Shown here piece by piece: positions 1-10,191 of a stretch of DNA of 64,000 bases (positions within the stretch are counted from its first letter, which is position 1; each line of letters starts with the position of its first letter). The position numbers and the translations under genes are program-made. Source of the stretch: Alphaproteobacteria bacterium (lineage in GTDB: Bacteria; Pseudomonadota; Alphaproteobacteria; GM7ARS4; G965262615); assembly GCA_965262615.1 (NCBI GenBank), contig OZ253545.1, positions 384,001 to 448,000 of the forward strand, read 5' to 3'. The notes under the pieces were generated by a model. That model made no database searches, was not told the origin of the DNA, and saw only the letters and a list, made by a program, of their open reading frames with translations.

Positions 1-171
1 CACCATGACAGCACACACGACGCCGCCGTGTGCCATCACATCCAATGCGGGATTATGAGCGATGCCTTGCAGTGCCGTCAGCAAAAACAAATGCGCCGAT
101 GAACTGACGGGAAGAAACTCCGTCACCCCCTGCACAAAGGCAAGCAGCAGGAGGAGATCAAGAGAAATCAT
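1..171 (-). CDS. uppP: Undecaprenyl-diphosphate phosphatase, 5' part (runs off window)
   Basis: Manual translation from ATG at 171: MISLDLLLLLAFVQGVTEFLPVSSSAHL, the BacA/UppP signature. Confidence 0.9.
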   Translation of the reverse strand, partial: MISLDLLLLLAFVQGVTEFLPVSSSAHLFLLTALQGIAHNPALDVMAHGGVVCAVMV

Positions 172-898
172 TCACAAATTGACGAAAAGCCGCGCGTGGG
201 TCACTCGCGTGAATGATGGGACGACCCACCACGACATAGTCTGCACCCGCTTGATGGGCTTCTTGAGGAGTCAATCTGTGTGTGTGGTCATCACGCGCAT
301 GACTCGCGGCGCGCACGCCGGGGGTCACAATGCAACAATTCGGATGGTGCGCGCGCAATTGGGAAACGACTGCGCCCGAAGCGACAAAGGCGTTTGCTCC
401 GTGCCGCACCGCTTCATCACTGCGTTTGAGGAGGGTGGCATCATCCATGTCCCCATCGCTGGAGAGACGCGTCACAAAAAGACATATCGTTTGAGGATTG
501 TCACGCTTTGCCAATGCCTTGAGAGCGTGAGGCATCGTGCTGGGAGAGCCATTGACGGTGAAAAAGTCTATTCGCTTATCGGCGGGGATATTGTCAATGG
601 CATGACGCACGGTTTCTCCAATGTCCCCCAGTTTGAGGTCAAGAAAGATACGCTTGCCCTTTTTTTGCAAAAAATCCACAGCTTGAAAATGATACTTCAT
701 GAACAGCCGAAATCCCACTTTATAAAACGGCACATTGCCACCCATTTTTGTGACAAACGCCTTCATCTCACCAATGTCATCCATGTCCAATGAGACAATT
801 ACCCGCTCTGCCTTGGACAAAAGGGCTTGAGACCTTGCTTCAGGTAAGACTTCAGGGCTTCTCATCATGAGCAACGCCCCATCATACCAGCTAAACAA
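158..898 (-). CDS. pyrF: Orotidine 5'-phosphate decarboxylase (true start probably 868 or later)
   Basis: FLDLKLGDIGET, VTPGVR, GADYVVVGRPI motifs. Confidence 0.93.
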   Translation of the reverse strand: MFSWYDGALLMMRSPEVLPEARSQALLSKAERVIVSLDMDDIGEMKAFVTKMGGNVPFYKVGFRLFMKYHFQAVDFLQKKGKRIFLDLKLGDIGETVRHAIDNIPADKRIDFFTVNGSPSTMPHALKALAKRDNPQTICLFVTRLSSDGDMDDATLLKRSDEAVRHGANAFVASGAVVSQLRAHHPNCCIVTPGVRAASHARDDHTHRLTPQEAHQAGADYVVVGRPIIHASDPRAAFRQFVNDFS

Positions 899-926
899 TC
901 GTTTAGCAATTCACTAGAATGCCGTC

Positions 927-1787
927 ATGGAGCAGGTTATTTTCTTTGGCTACGGTTATACGGCTCGTCATGTGTCGCCGTTGTTGCGTCAGCAGGGATT
1001 TTCTTTGGTGGGCACGCGGCGGGGTGGTCAGACGGATGATGATGTGTCGGTTCTGCCCTTTGATGATGCTCGCCCCTTGCCATCGGATGTTGTGTCATCG
1101 GCGACTGGCATTGTTGTGTCCATTGCTCCTGATGAGCATGGTGGCGATCGGGTGTTGCATCATCATGGTGCGGCGTTGGCGGTTTCGCCTCATTTGCGTT
1201 GGGTGGTGTATCTCTCCAGCAGCAGTGTCTATGGGGATCATGGCGGTGCGTGGGTGGATGAAGACGATGAACTCAAAGCCACGCACGATGTGGGATGCCG
1301 CCGCATTCGCGCCGAACAGCAGTGGCGCGATTGGCACGCAGATGCTTCTCATGTGTCTCTCATCATCTGTCGTCTTGCTGGCATTTATGGCAGAGGACGC
1401 TCGGCTCTTGCATCACTCAAGCGGAGGCGCGCTCGGCGCATTGTCAAAAAGGGACAGTGGTTTGGGCGTATTCATGTGGAGGATGCAGCGTCCGTCATCG
1501 CTGCCGCCATTGCCGCCATGCCAAAGGGATGCACCATTTACAATGTTTGTGATGATGAGCCCGCGCCGCCTCAAGATGTCGTCACCTACGCCGCTCAATT
1601 GCTCACAATGACACCGCCGCCACTGGAAGACATCGCCACCGCGCGGCTCTCTCCCATGATGGCATCTTTTTATGAGGGCAGCAAAAGATTGCGCAATTCC
1701 AAGATCAAAAAGAATCTGGGCGTGTCGCTGCGCTATCCCACCTACAAAGACGGTTTGACCGCCCTGATGAGAGAATGGAGCGATTGA
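927..1787 (+). CDS. NAD-dependent epimerase/dehydratase (atypical SDR)
   Basis: FGYGYTA Rossmann motif, YLSSSSVYGD, RLAGIYG, RIHVED, YNVCDDEP. Confidence 0.85.
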   Translation: MEQVIFFGYGYTARHVSPLLRQQGFSLVGTRRGGQTDDDVSVLPFDDARPLPSDVVSSATGIVVSIAPDEHGGDRVLHHHGAALAVSPHLRWVVYLSSSSVYGDHGGAWVDEDDELKATHDVGCRRIRAEQQWRDWHADASHVSLIICRLAGIYGRGRSALASLKRRRARRIVKKGQWFGRIHVEDAASVIAAAIAAMPKGCTIYNVCDDEPAPPQDVVTYAAQLLTMTPPPLEDIATARLSPMMASFYEGSKRLRNSKIKKNLGVSLRYPTYKDGLTALMREWSD

Positions 1788-2509
1788 CCGAGCCAATCGA
1801 GATCGCGCGGCTCCGACAGGCGATGGTCACCATTTTTTAGCAGAATCAGGGCGGCATCGTCACTGCGAACGGCATTGAGAATTTGGTGCGAATAATGAAA
1901 TGGAACGCTGTCATCGTGCGTGCCATGAATCAGCCGCAAGGGGCAGTGAATGTCAATGGGCGCGTCCAGCAGATTGTGCGCGCGGCTGTCATCAATGAGG
2001 TGTTGCGTGATGGGATAGGGGTCGCCATCGGGATGAGACGATTCAATCATGACGGTTTCCCCTTGCGCCAGTTTTTCTTTGGTGTCGGTGGGCAATGGGT
2101 CATAAAGCAGTTGAGTGATGCAATCGGGCGCGGCGGCAATGCCCAGCAGAGCCGCCACTTTTTGAGGGCGAGCCAGAGCCGTCAAAAGCATCAGCCAGCC
2201 GCCCAAGCTTGAGCCCACCACAATCACATCATCATCGCCGGTCAGAGAATCAATCACCGCCAGACAATCCTGAAGCCACAGCGACACCGAACATTGCGCC
2301 AAATTGCCCGAAGACTCGCCATGGGCACTCAAATCAAAGCGGACGAAGCTGATGTCCATCGTGCGACACCATTCCTCAACAAAACAGGCTTTGCCGCCGT
2401 CTTTGTCGGAACGAAAGCCATGAATAAAAACCACATGCAGCGGTCGCTTGCATGACAATTGGACATAGTGTAATTGAGAGCCGTGCTCAGTGGTGAGAAT
2501 TGCACTCAT
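1742..2509 (-). CDS. Alpha/beta hydrolase (ABHD10-like)
   Basis: HGFRSD, GSSLGG nucleophile elbow, HGTHDDSVP, GDHRLS. Confidence 0.88.
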   Translation of the reverse strand: MSAILTTEHGSQLHYVQLSCKRPLHVVFIHGFRSDKDGGKACFVEEWCRTMDISFVRFDLSAHGESSGNLAQCSVSLWLQDCLAVIDSLTGDDDVIVVGSSLGGWLMLLTALARPQKVAALLGIAAAPDCITQLLYDPLPTDTKEKLAQGETVMIESSHPDGDPYPITQHLIDDSRAHNLLDAPIDIHCPLRLIHGTHDDSVPFHYSHQILNAVRSDDAALILLKNGDHRLSEPRDLDWLGQSLHSLIRAVKPSL

Positions 2510-2565
2510 GCATCCACCATAGAGCGATATGGTCTATGGGTAAAGGCTATGGTAGGAGTGAGGCG

Positions 2566-2639
<74 letters not shown>

Positions 2640-2653
2640 CACCAAGAGAAGAG

Positions 2654-2965
2654 ATGATGGAAAAGAAAGTTTTTATTTATCAAAAACAAAAAAAAGCAAC
2701 GCAATCGGCAGAACCTTCTGTGCGATGGTGTCTGGCATGGAATCATGACAGAGCCCCCATGGATAGCCTCACAGGATGGACGGGCAGTCATGCCGATGGC
2801 GCACCGCCATTGATGTTTGCCAGTCGCGAACAAGCCATCGCCTATGCCACCCGCGCGGGATTGACCTATCAGCTAGAAGAGCCGCCCCTCGCGCCCGTCA
2901 AAGGCAAAAGTTATGCCGCCCAATTTAAGAAAAAACCGCCAAGGCCCCGTAGCTCAGATGGATAG
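2654..2965 (+). CDS. ETC complex I accessory subunit (NDUFS4-like)
   Basis: IY..K.ATQS, DSLTGWTGS, F.SREQAIAYA pattern; typical position between tRNA-Pro and tRNA-Arg. Confidence 0.75.
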   Translation: MMEKKVFIYQKQKKATQSAEPSVRWCLAWNHDRAPMDSLTGWTGSHADGAPPLMFASREQAIAYATRAGLTYQLEEPPLAPVKGKSYAAQFKKKPPRPRSSDG

Positions 2966-3019
2966 AGCAGCGGATTTCTAATCCGCCGGTCGCAGGTTCG
3001 AGTCCTGCCGGGGTCACCA
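2943..3019 (+). tRNA. tRNA-Arg(TCT)
   Basis: Acceptor GGCCCCG/CGGGGTC, anticodon arm GCGGA-TTTCTAA-TCCGC, GGTTCGAGTCC, encoded CCA. Confidence 0.97.
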
Positions 3020-3030
3020 AAAGTGCGTCC

Positions 3031-5826
3031 CTAAAAAATAGAAACAGGTTTAGGCATTCTCGTATTGCTGAGCACTGCCACCGAGACATCAATCAGACCC
3101 TTTGCCGGTTCGCCTTTTTCATTGAGAATTCTAAACAACGCCGCTCTCCCTTGCATGCTTACCGTGAAAGGCTCATTGTACCATGTCCAGTTTTCGCCAT
3201 TGTGAATGCGCGTCACTTTAGCGCCGATGACCGCTCGTTTGCTTTCCGGTTCTATTTGTGGGGTTTCAAGAGCAATCAAGCCCGGACGGATGGGCCATTG
3301 TTGCGATGTATCATTGGTGGTGTTCAAACTTTTGTATTGTCTCGTTGTGATGTTCTTATCCAGTGCAAACACAATATCGCTTATGGTCAGCGTGGGAATA
3401 GAGTCATCTGTGACCGCATCGGTGATGGAGACCCGAACTTTGACGGAAAAACGACGCGTCGTGATGGCAGCGAAGGGATCTTTATAAACTGTGCTATTAT
3501 CACCATGGACGCTATAGCTGACCCGATAATTGGCATGGGAAAAAAATGCAAAACTGTAATACATTTCCAAAGCAAGATAGAAAGTCATTTCTTTGCCGAG
3601 ATCGAATGTCTCTGTTTCAAATTCAAAATTGCGCGCCAAACCGGCATAGCCTCCGATGGTGCTCGCCAGTTGACTGATGCCATTGTCTAAATCGCCGATG
3701 GTCTTATCTGAGCCAGTCTCTAATTGACCCTTTTGATTGAGAAAACATTTTTTAAAAGACCCTTTCCAGTTATTTGCTTGGGTGCTGTAGGAAAAGTCTA
3801 AATCACTTGTTTTGGAATAAGGAATCGTATGACGAATCGTTGTGGGTTCGGATAAAGCACTGCCGAAAGAGACGCTTTGGACGCGAAAAAAATAATGACC
3901 AAACGAAGGTGTTGAAATATCCAGAATAGTGTTCTTGGCATAGGGGAAAAGAGTTTCCATTTTGTTTAGATTCTTTCCGTAAGACACGCGAAAGTGTCTG
4001 TAATTCAAAGGATTTCTGACATCCCATGATAAGCGCAAAGTGGAGGAATTGATCTTTGTGACGCGCAGATTGGTGGGTTTGGGAGGAATGGCATCAAAAA
4101 CGGCATCATGGATGAAGACAATGCTCCAGTCGCTCATTTTGCCAAAAACATTCCCAGAGCGCAGGCGGAATTCATATTTAACCAGCTGTCCATAGTGAGA
4201 AATCAGAGCTGGGTCAATGGTGACATAGGTTTCGGTGAGTGCGCCATCAATGGTGAGGGACTGCCATGCTGTCGATCTTTTTTGGCGATAGTTCAATTCA
4301 TAATGGCGCACAGAGTCCGATCCATCGGCTTCCCATTGCACTAAGATGCGGTAGATGTACTTGCCGTTGGGGAATTGCTGGCGATACTGAATTCCTGAAT
4401 AAATGCTGACGCCACTGGGCGGGCGCAGTAAGGGACGGCGCGGCAACTGGCTATTGGGAGCGAGATCGCGACTGGAAGGCTCACCCAGATTCCAATCATA
4501 AATCGCCGCGGCATACTCACGCAGCAGCAGCGTGATGCCGCCGCCCATATCAATGCGCCAAGAAATGACGCGAAACAACTTATCCTTGTATCCCAATTGG
4601 GCGATGGTGACCTTCACCACATCCCACACGGCGATGGTGAGCGCGCTCAATTGGGCGGGAAATTCAATCATGGTGGATTGGCGCGCCTCTTCAAGGAAAA
4701 TTTTTGCCAAGTGGCGCGCTTCGGTTTCATCCGTGGTGGCGGGCAGTTCAATGTTGCGGGCGATACGGTCGCCACCATCTTGCGATTCATACATGTGATT
4801 GAGAACCATCGGGAACTCACACGCCTCCCAGTTGGCATCCTTATTGATAAAAGTGCCCCGCACCGCATTGAACAGTTCCGCTCGTGAGGGGCGAGGGGTC
4901 AATTTGATGGGGGCGCGCAGGTCATTTTCTGTCAGCCTGCCCACAGGCGTTGTGGCGACCCCCACATGCAGACGATACTTGCCATTGGTATAGACCAATG
5001 TGCCCGCACAGGATGTCAGCAAGTCTTCCAGAATGTTGGCACAGGAATCTTGCAAAATCACTTCGGTGTTGAGGCGATAGCGTTTGCGCCGCAATTGCTG
5101 GCGATTGATCACAATTTTTTCATCACAACTGTTGGCTGCCGCCTTCCAATAATTCCAATCAATCTCTGAGTCGCGCGCCATGCCACCATCGCTATGACGC
5201 AAGTAAGCCAATATGCATAACGCCGGATTATCACTCCATTTTATTTTTTGATCGCGAGGGTCATACACTTTCATCCCTTTGACATTCATCGTGATGGTGG
5301 GAATGCCGCGTGTCCAAATATTGGCATCCCATTCCACCCGTGCATACACATAGCAAATGCCATGTCCTCTGTGCGAGGTGCTCCAATCGGGGCATGCGGC
5401 AATCAAGTTTGTTGCGGGTTGATTGTTGTCGCCACTGAAAAATTCGGTGCGCACTTTATTTTTGATGGCATCGTCTGTGGCGTTGTAATCATCAAATTTA
5501 ATATTGCTCACCGCATGGCAGGCATGTCCCGCCAGAGCGATGACAAGGTGCAGGTATTTTTTATTGTGTCCCGAACTGTCGGCAAAGATGAGCACGCCTC
5601 CTGTGTTGATTTCACCGAAAACCATGCGTTGCGGCTCTGCGGATGCTCGCACATTATGCTTGCGTGTTTGTGCCGCTTGGTTGAGATTGACATTGCGCTG
5701 CTTTGAGCGAATCAAACCAAAAGAGACAATATCCAGCGTTTTGGAGACAGCCTTTGTCGTAAAACGCAGAGCCTTCTTGACCACTTTTTTGATGCCGCCG
5801 ATAAACCCGCCCATTACACTCTCCAC
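3031..5826 (-). CDS. Phage tail tip / host-specificity protein (J-like) with fibronectin-III-like C-terminal domains
   Basis: VKGMKVYDPR, WSDNPALCILAYL, AANSCDE, FNAVRGTF; FnIII-like PPKPTNLRV..LSW. Confidence 0.85.
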   Translation of the reverse strand: MESVMGGFIGGIKKVVKKALRFTTKAVSKTLDIVSFGLIRSKQRNVNLNQAAQTRKHNVRASAEPQRMVFGEINTGGVLIFADSSGHNKKYLHLVIALAGHACHAVSNIKFDDYNATDDAIKNKVRTEFFSGDNNQPATNLIAACPDWSTSHRGHGICYVYARVEWDANIWTRGIPTITMNVKGMKVYDPRDQKIKWSDNPALCILAYLRHSDGGMARDSEIDWNYWKAAANSCDEKIVINRQQLRRKRYRLNTEVILQDSCANILEDLLTSCAGTLVYTNGKYRLHVGVATTPVGRLTENDLRAPIKLTPRPSRAELFNAVRGTFINKDANWEACEFPMVLNHMYESQDGGDRIARNIELPATTDETEARHLAKIFLEEARQSTMIEFPAQLSALTIAVWDVVKVTIAQLGYKDKLFRVISWRIDMGGGITLLLREYAAAIYDWNLGEPSSRDLAPNSQLPRRPLLRPPSGVSIYSGIQYRQQFPNGKYIYRILVQWEADGSDSVRHYELNYRQKRSTAWQSLTIDGALTETYVTIDPALISHYGQLVKYEFRLRSGNVFGKMSDWSIVFIHDAVFDAIPPKPTNLRVTKINSSTLRLSWDVRNPLNYRHFRVSYGKNLNKMETLFPYAKNTILDISTPSFGHYFFRVQSVSFGSALSEPTTIRHTIPYSKTSDLDFSYSTQANNWKGSFKKCFLNQKGQLETGSDKTIGDLDNGISQLASTIGGYAGLARNFEFETETFDLGKEMTFYLALEMYYSFAFFSHANYRVSYSVHGDNSTVYKDPFAAITTRRFSVKVRVSITDAVTDDSIPTLTISDIVFALDKNITTRQYKSLNTTNDTSQQWPIRPGLIALETPQIEPESKRAVIGAKVTRIHNGENWTWYNEPFTVSMQGRAALFRILNEKGEPAKGLIDVSVAVLSNTRMPKPVSIF

Positions 5827-6281
5827 CCCATAAACGCACGGTCAATAGAAAATGACGCAAGCCCCCCCAAAGACAGAGCCTTGACAAAAACACCGCTTAA
5901 ATCCACCACCCCCACAATGGGCTGTCCAGCCGAGCCGCGAACGGAATACGAATGCACCAGAGCAATATCCCCGCGCTGCAAAAAAGAAGGCGATATTTTC
6001 TCAAAGTCTTTTAAGATCAGCGACAGTGCCCGCGGCAAAAAATGACGGTGGTCGTCATCATTTTCCTCGCGCAACAGAGCCTTCATCACATAATGAGATT
6101 TTTTGGCACTGGCGTAGGAAGGAACATTTCTCATGGGATTGTGATTGGTCATGGCTTTGATGGCACGGCTTGCGAAGTGACAGCAATCGCTTGTGCCAAA
6201 AACAAATGACTGTCCTTCCATGTGGGAAAAATAGTCATTGAGCCGTTGCTCCCAGTCGGTGAGGCGGGTGTGGGTGCTCAT
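5814..6281 (-). CDS. Tail-associated NlpC/P60-like protein (DUF6950-like)
   Basis: RLTDWEQRL, FVFGTSDCCHF, QRGDIALV; position just before the tip gene; ATG overlaps upstream TGA. Confidence 0.7.
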   Translation of the reverse strand: MSTHTRLTDWEQRLNDYFSHMEGQSFVFGTSDCCHFASRAIKAMTNHNPMRNVPSYASAKKSHYVMKALLREENDDDHRHFLPRALSLILKDFEKISPSFLQRGDIALVHSYSVRGSAGQPIVGVVDLSGVFVKALSLGGLASFSIDRAFMGWRV

Positions 6282-6874
6282 CACGCGCTGCCCCATTCAA
6301 TTTCTTGATGGGCGGTGCGCGTGACAAAAGAAAAAAACCGATCACTGCCATCGGTCGCCACATGGCTCTCGGAAGTGTAGCGTTTGATGCGAGGATATTC
6401 CCAGTCGGCAAGCAAATTTTTCAGCGTCAAAGAAATAGAGGCATCTTCGCCAAGAGATAGCGACATATTATCCATCCGACCCTGAAACAACAGCAGAGGG
6501 TCTTGAACCAATTGATGGTCGTCATCAAAAAAAACGATAAAAATCTTGCCATTGCGTCCTTGATAATGCTCTTGCAACGCCAAGGAAATCAGATGAGAAG
6601 GAATGCCACTCAATTGCAATTGCACACTGTAGGGACGAATTTCCGCTCCTTCTTCAAAAGAGGAGACCTCAAGCAAATCTCCCACCGCCGTGAAAATTTC
6701 CTTTTGATTGTCGTCATTGCTGTCAAAGGCGATATCGGAGGAGGCATCAGTGAGACGAATATGTCCCGAGAGAAAGTGCAAATCCACAAGAATGATGGGA
6801 CCAATCACCACGGAGGATTGGCTGGCTTGTTGCATCTGTTGCGAGATATGGCGAGAGGATTGTTGCGTCTGCAT
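6281..6874 (-). CDS. Phage baseplate hub / minor tail protein
   Basis: QLSGIP, YQGR, LFQGRMDNM, DRFFSFV..EIEWG; position in tail module. Confidence 0.72.
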   Translation of the reverse strand: MQTQQSSRHISQQMQQASQSSVVIGPIILVDLHFLSGHIRLTDASSDIAFDSNDDNQKEIFTAVGDLLEVSSFEEGAEIRPYSVQLQLSGIPSHLISLALQEHYQGRNGKIFIVFFDDDHQLVQDPLLLFQGRMDNMSLSLGEDASISLTLKNLLADWEYPRIKRYTSESHVATDGSDRFFSFVTRTAHQEIEWGSA

Positions 6875-7536
6875 CAGGGATAGCTCTCTATGAGTTCAAA
6901 TTGCATGGAGGCTTGATTCATTTTTTCAAAAGAGAATCGGCTTTGTTTGTCGTTGGCGAGACGCATGACGCAAAAACAATCATGGGTGATGATGCGACTG
7001 CCATCACGGGGCGGCAGGCGCAGCACAGGCGTGATGGCAAGATGAGCGACACCGTCAGACATCACAACGGCATCGCTGGTGAGGCTATGGAGTGCGTTGT
7101 GTCCATTGGCGAGCAAAATCGTGATGGTGTCTCCTTTTTTCAAGACGGTGCTGTCGCCATTTTTTTGCTGCCACCCTCGTGTGACAAGCTGCGAGCCCTT
7201 TTGATTCGCTCCCTTGATGACGGGCGCGCCACTGGCGTGTCCTTTGGGAGTTTTGCCATGAGGCGGAAAAAAGAGAAACTTCCTCTGAGGGCCATTGAGG
7301 GACAAAATAAATGCCGTCACCTGACGCACCATCTCTTCGCCATGAAGAGCATAGCTCACATGAGCGCGCCAGTGAGAATTGGGATTGGCGAGCAGTTGGG
7401 TGTAGCCCGTGAGGGGAGAGGTGTAGCTTTGGGTGTGTGTCACCAGTTCCCATTGCATGCGGGTGGGGGCTGGATTGGTCATCCAGCGGCGCAGCGAAGG
7501 AATGGTGGAGATGCTGATGCCTGAGTTTTGCGTCAT
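6874..7536 (-). CDS. Phage distal tail protein (putative)
   Basis: SPLTGYTQ, GANQKGSQL, LKKGD, ITPVLR; immediately follows tape measure. Confidence 0.65.
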   Translation of the reverse strand: MTQNSGISISTIPSLRRWMTNPAPTRMQWELVTHTQSYTSPLTGYTQLLANPNSHWRAHVSYALHGEEMVRQVTAFILSLNGPQRKFLFFPPHGKTPKGHASGAPVIKGANQKGSQLVTRGWQQKNGDSTVLKKGDTITILLANGHNALHSLTSDAVVMSDGVAHLAITPVLRLPPRDGSRIITHDCFCVMRLANDKQSRFSFEKMNQASMQFELIESYP

Positions 7537-7592
7537 GAGATGACAGCAAGGTAAGGGTTTTGCGGGTGATGGCTATGGCGTAATGGTGCGTG

Positions 7593-8534
7593 TTAGCGTC
7601 TTCCCATGGCGCGCGCATAGGAGCCACCCTCAAAAGAGCGGTGTGCGACTTCATCGGCGCCGGCGCGAGCGGCTTTTTGCACAATGCGCGGCTCTTCCTC
7701 CCGCAAGACGGCGCGAATGCGCTCTTCAACGCCTGAATCGGCGCCGCGCGCATCAATGTGATTGTTAATCACCACCGATGCTGACCCCCCGCCGCCACCG
7801 GCGGCAACGCCCAGCTCCCCCGAGGACAAACGGCGCAGCGGCATGATGGCTTCAGGTCCCGCCTCCCCCATCATGCCAAGCGGAAAGAGGGTGGATGAGC
7901 CCACAACGCCGCCGCGAGCAAAAGGAATCACCTCGCCGTGTTCAAACACGCCTCCTTTGGCAAAAAAGAAATTGGAGATTGTGTCCACAATGCTACCGAA
8001 ACCGCCGCCACCTAAAAAATTACCGATAAGACTCCCGCCGCCGCCTGATCCAACGCCAAACAAACTGCCCAATCCACCGCTCAGAGAACCAAAGAGCGCA
8101 CTAATGCCGCCGTCAATCAGTTTATCAAAAAGATTGCCGCCCAAGCCCTTCAAAATGCCGCCGATGTCCGGCGCATTCCATTCTCCCTTCAAAATGCCAT
8201 CCTTCAGGGTGTCTTTGAGCTCCGTGCCGATACTTTCGGTCGCCTCTTCAACTTCGTCTGAAAAATCTTTCGGCTTCAGCGCAATATCTGAGACAAAGTC
8301 ATTAAATCCTTTTTCAATGGCATTGGCACTGGCATCAAGGCTTTTGATTAGGCTCTCTCCGAATGAATCGCTGCCTTTGGCGGTTTTCTTGCTGCTTTCA
8401 GCAAGCTTGTCACTGCATTCTTCAAGTTTTTTGCTGTTGGCGGCGATGCGGTCAAAGGCGCGTTGCATTTCCTCCTGCTGTTCGGGGGAATAGTTAAAGA
8501 CGGCGGTGGTGAGTCTTCCTATGGGGGCTTCCAT
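7593..8534 (-). CDS. Short tail tape measure protein (313 aa)
   Basis: Helical N-terminus, Gly-rich middle, FAKGGVF/FARGGVV and GMMGEAGPEAIMPL motifs; AGAGGA RBS upstream. Confidence 0.85.
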   Translation of the reverse strand: MEAPIGRLTTAVFNYSPEQQEEMQRAFDRIAANSKKLEECSDKLAESSKKTAKGSDSFGESLIKSLDASANAIEKGFNDFVSDIALKPKDFSDEVEEATESIGTELKDTLKDGILKGEWNAPDIGGILKGLGGNLFDKLIDGGISALFGSLSGGLGSLFGVGSGGGGSLIGNFLGGGGFGSIVDTISNFFFAKGGVFEHGEVIPFARGGVVGSSTLFPLGMMGEAGPEAIMPLRRLSSGELGVAAGGGGGSASVVINNHIDARGADSGVEERIRAVLREEEPRIVQKAARAGADEVAHRSFEGGSYARAMGRR

Positions 8535-8564
8535 GGTGTATCCTCTGTGATGATGGGGAGGGAT

Positions 8565-9380
8565 ATGATGATGTGGATGCGTGTGATTGTTTATGGAACG
8601 GCGTTATCTTTCCTGTTGGCGAGTGATGGCTCGGCGCGTCAAAACAGCGATCTGGAAATAGCGCAGCTGTGCGGCATTGCTCACGAAATCATACCATTGT
8701 TGTCTTTGAGACATTGCAAGAAAATCGTAAAAACCGAGAGGGGAAGGAATTGTGACAGTGATTATTTAGGTTGCTATGAAGTATCGTTGCGTCATGCTGA
8801 AAGTGATTCTTTTGTCACTTCGAATAACAATGAGAAGAATGTTTATTATGAGTTACGGATAGAGGAAGAGAATTGTTACGGCGGTTACGGTACTTATTTA
8901 GGCTGTTATGAAGTATCATTGCGTCATGCTGAAAGTGATTCTTTTGTCACTTCGAATAACAATGAGAAGAATGTTTATGATGAGTTACGGATAGCGGATG
9001 CTCATTGTCGTGGCACTTATTTAGGCTGTTATGAAGTGTCATTGCGTCATGCTGAGAGTGATTCTTTTGTCACTTTGAATCGCAATGATAAGAATATTTA
9101 TTATGAGTTACGGATAGCGGATGCGGGTTGTCGTGGTGCTTATTTGGGTTGTTATGAAGTATCATTGCGTCATGCTGAGAGTGATTCTTTTGTCACTTTG
9201 AATCGCAATGATAAGAATATTTATTATGAGTTACGGATAGCGGATGCGCGTTGTCGCGGTGCTTATTTGGGCTGTTATGAAGTATCATTGCGTCATGCTG
9301 AGAGTGATTCTTTTGTCACTTTGAATCGCAATGATAAGAATATTTATTATGAATTTCGGGTCTCCCCATCGGGCGGGTAA
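8565..9380 (+). CDS. Secreted Cys-repeat protein, paralog 1 (5 repeats)
   Basis: Start reassigned to ATG 8565 (GGGGAGGG RBS, same MMMW start as paralogs); signal peptide; YLGCYEVSL...YYELRI repeats. Confidence 0.85.
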   Translation: MMMWMRVIVYGTALSFLLASDGSARQNSDLEIAQLCGIAHEIIPLLSLRHCKKIVKTERGRNCDSDYLGCYEVSLRHAESDSFVTSNNNEKNVYYELRIEEENCYGGYGTYLGCYEVSLRHAESDSFVTSNNNEKNVYDELRIADAHCRGTYLGCYEVSLRHAESDSFVTLNRNDKNIYYELRIADAGCRGAYLGCYEVSLRHAESDSFVTLNRNDKNIYYELRIADARCRGAYLGCYEVSLRHAESDSFVTLNRNDKNIYYEFRVSPSGG

Positions 9381-9382
9381 CT

Positions 9383-10189
9383 ATGATGATGTGGATGCGT
9401 GGAATTGTTTATGGAACGGCATTATCTTTCCTGTTGGTGAGTGATGGCTCGGCGCGCCAAAAAAGCGATCAAGCAACGGTGCAGCTGTGCCAGATTATTC
9501 ACGACATCATGCCGTTGTTGTCTGTGAGACATTGCAAGAAAATCTTACAAACCGAGAGAGGGAGGCTTTGTGACAGTGATTATTTAGGCTGCTATGATGT
9601 ATCGCTGCTTTATTCTGAAGACAGTGTTTTTTATGGATTGGGTCGCGATGCTCGGGATATTTATTACCAACTTCGGATAGAAGATGGTCGTTGTTTCGGT
9701 GATTATTTAGGCTGTTATGAAGTGTCGTTGCTTTATTCTGAGGACAGTGTTTTTTATGGATTGGGTCGCGATGCTCGGGATATTTACTATCAACTTCGGA
9801 TAGAAGACGGTCGCTGTTTCGGTGATTATTTAGGCTGTTATGAAGTGTCGTTGCTTTATTCTGAGGACAGTGTTTTTTATGGATTGGGTCGCGATGCTCG
9901 GGATATTTACTATCAACTTCGGATAGAAGATGGTCGCTGTTTCGGTGATTATTTAGGCTGTTATGAAGTGTCATTGCTTTATTCTGAGGACAGTGTTTTT
10001 TATGGATTGGGTCGCGATGCTCGGGATATTTACTATCAACTTCGGATAGAGGACGGTCGCTGTTTCGGTGCTTATTTAGGCTGTTATGAAGTGTCGTTGC
10101 TTTATTCTGAGGACAGTGTTTTTTATGGATTGGGTCGCGATGCTCGGGATATTTACTATCAATTTCGGGTCTCCCCATCAGGCGGGTAA
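9383..10189 (+). CDS. Secreted Cys-repeat protein, paralog 2 (5 repeats)
   Basis: Signal peptide; unit CFGDYLGCYEVSLLYSEDSVFYGLGRDARDIYYQLRIEDGR. Confidence 0.85.
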   Translation: MMMWMRGIVYGTALSFLLVSDGSARQKSDQATVQLCQIIHDIMPLLSVRHCKKILQTERGRLCDSDYLGCYDVSLLYSEDSVFYGLGRDARDIYYQLRIEDGRCFGDYLGCYEVSLLYSEDSVFYGLGRDARDIYYQLRIEDGRCFGDYLGCYEVSLLYSEDSVFYGLGRDARDIYYQLRIEDGRCFGDYLGCYEVSLLYSEDSVFYGLGRDARDIYYQLRIEDGRCFGAYLGCYEVSLLYSEDSVFYGLGRDARDIYYQFRVSPSGG

Positions 10190-10191
10190 CT

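Noticed and set aside
8463-8564. N-terminal extension of paralog 1 in the ORF track
   Set aside because: It overlaps the tape-measure start; paralog alignment and the RBS place the start at 8565
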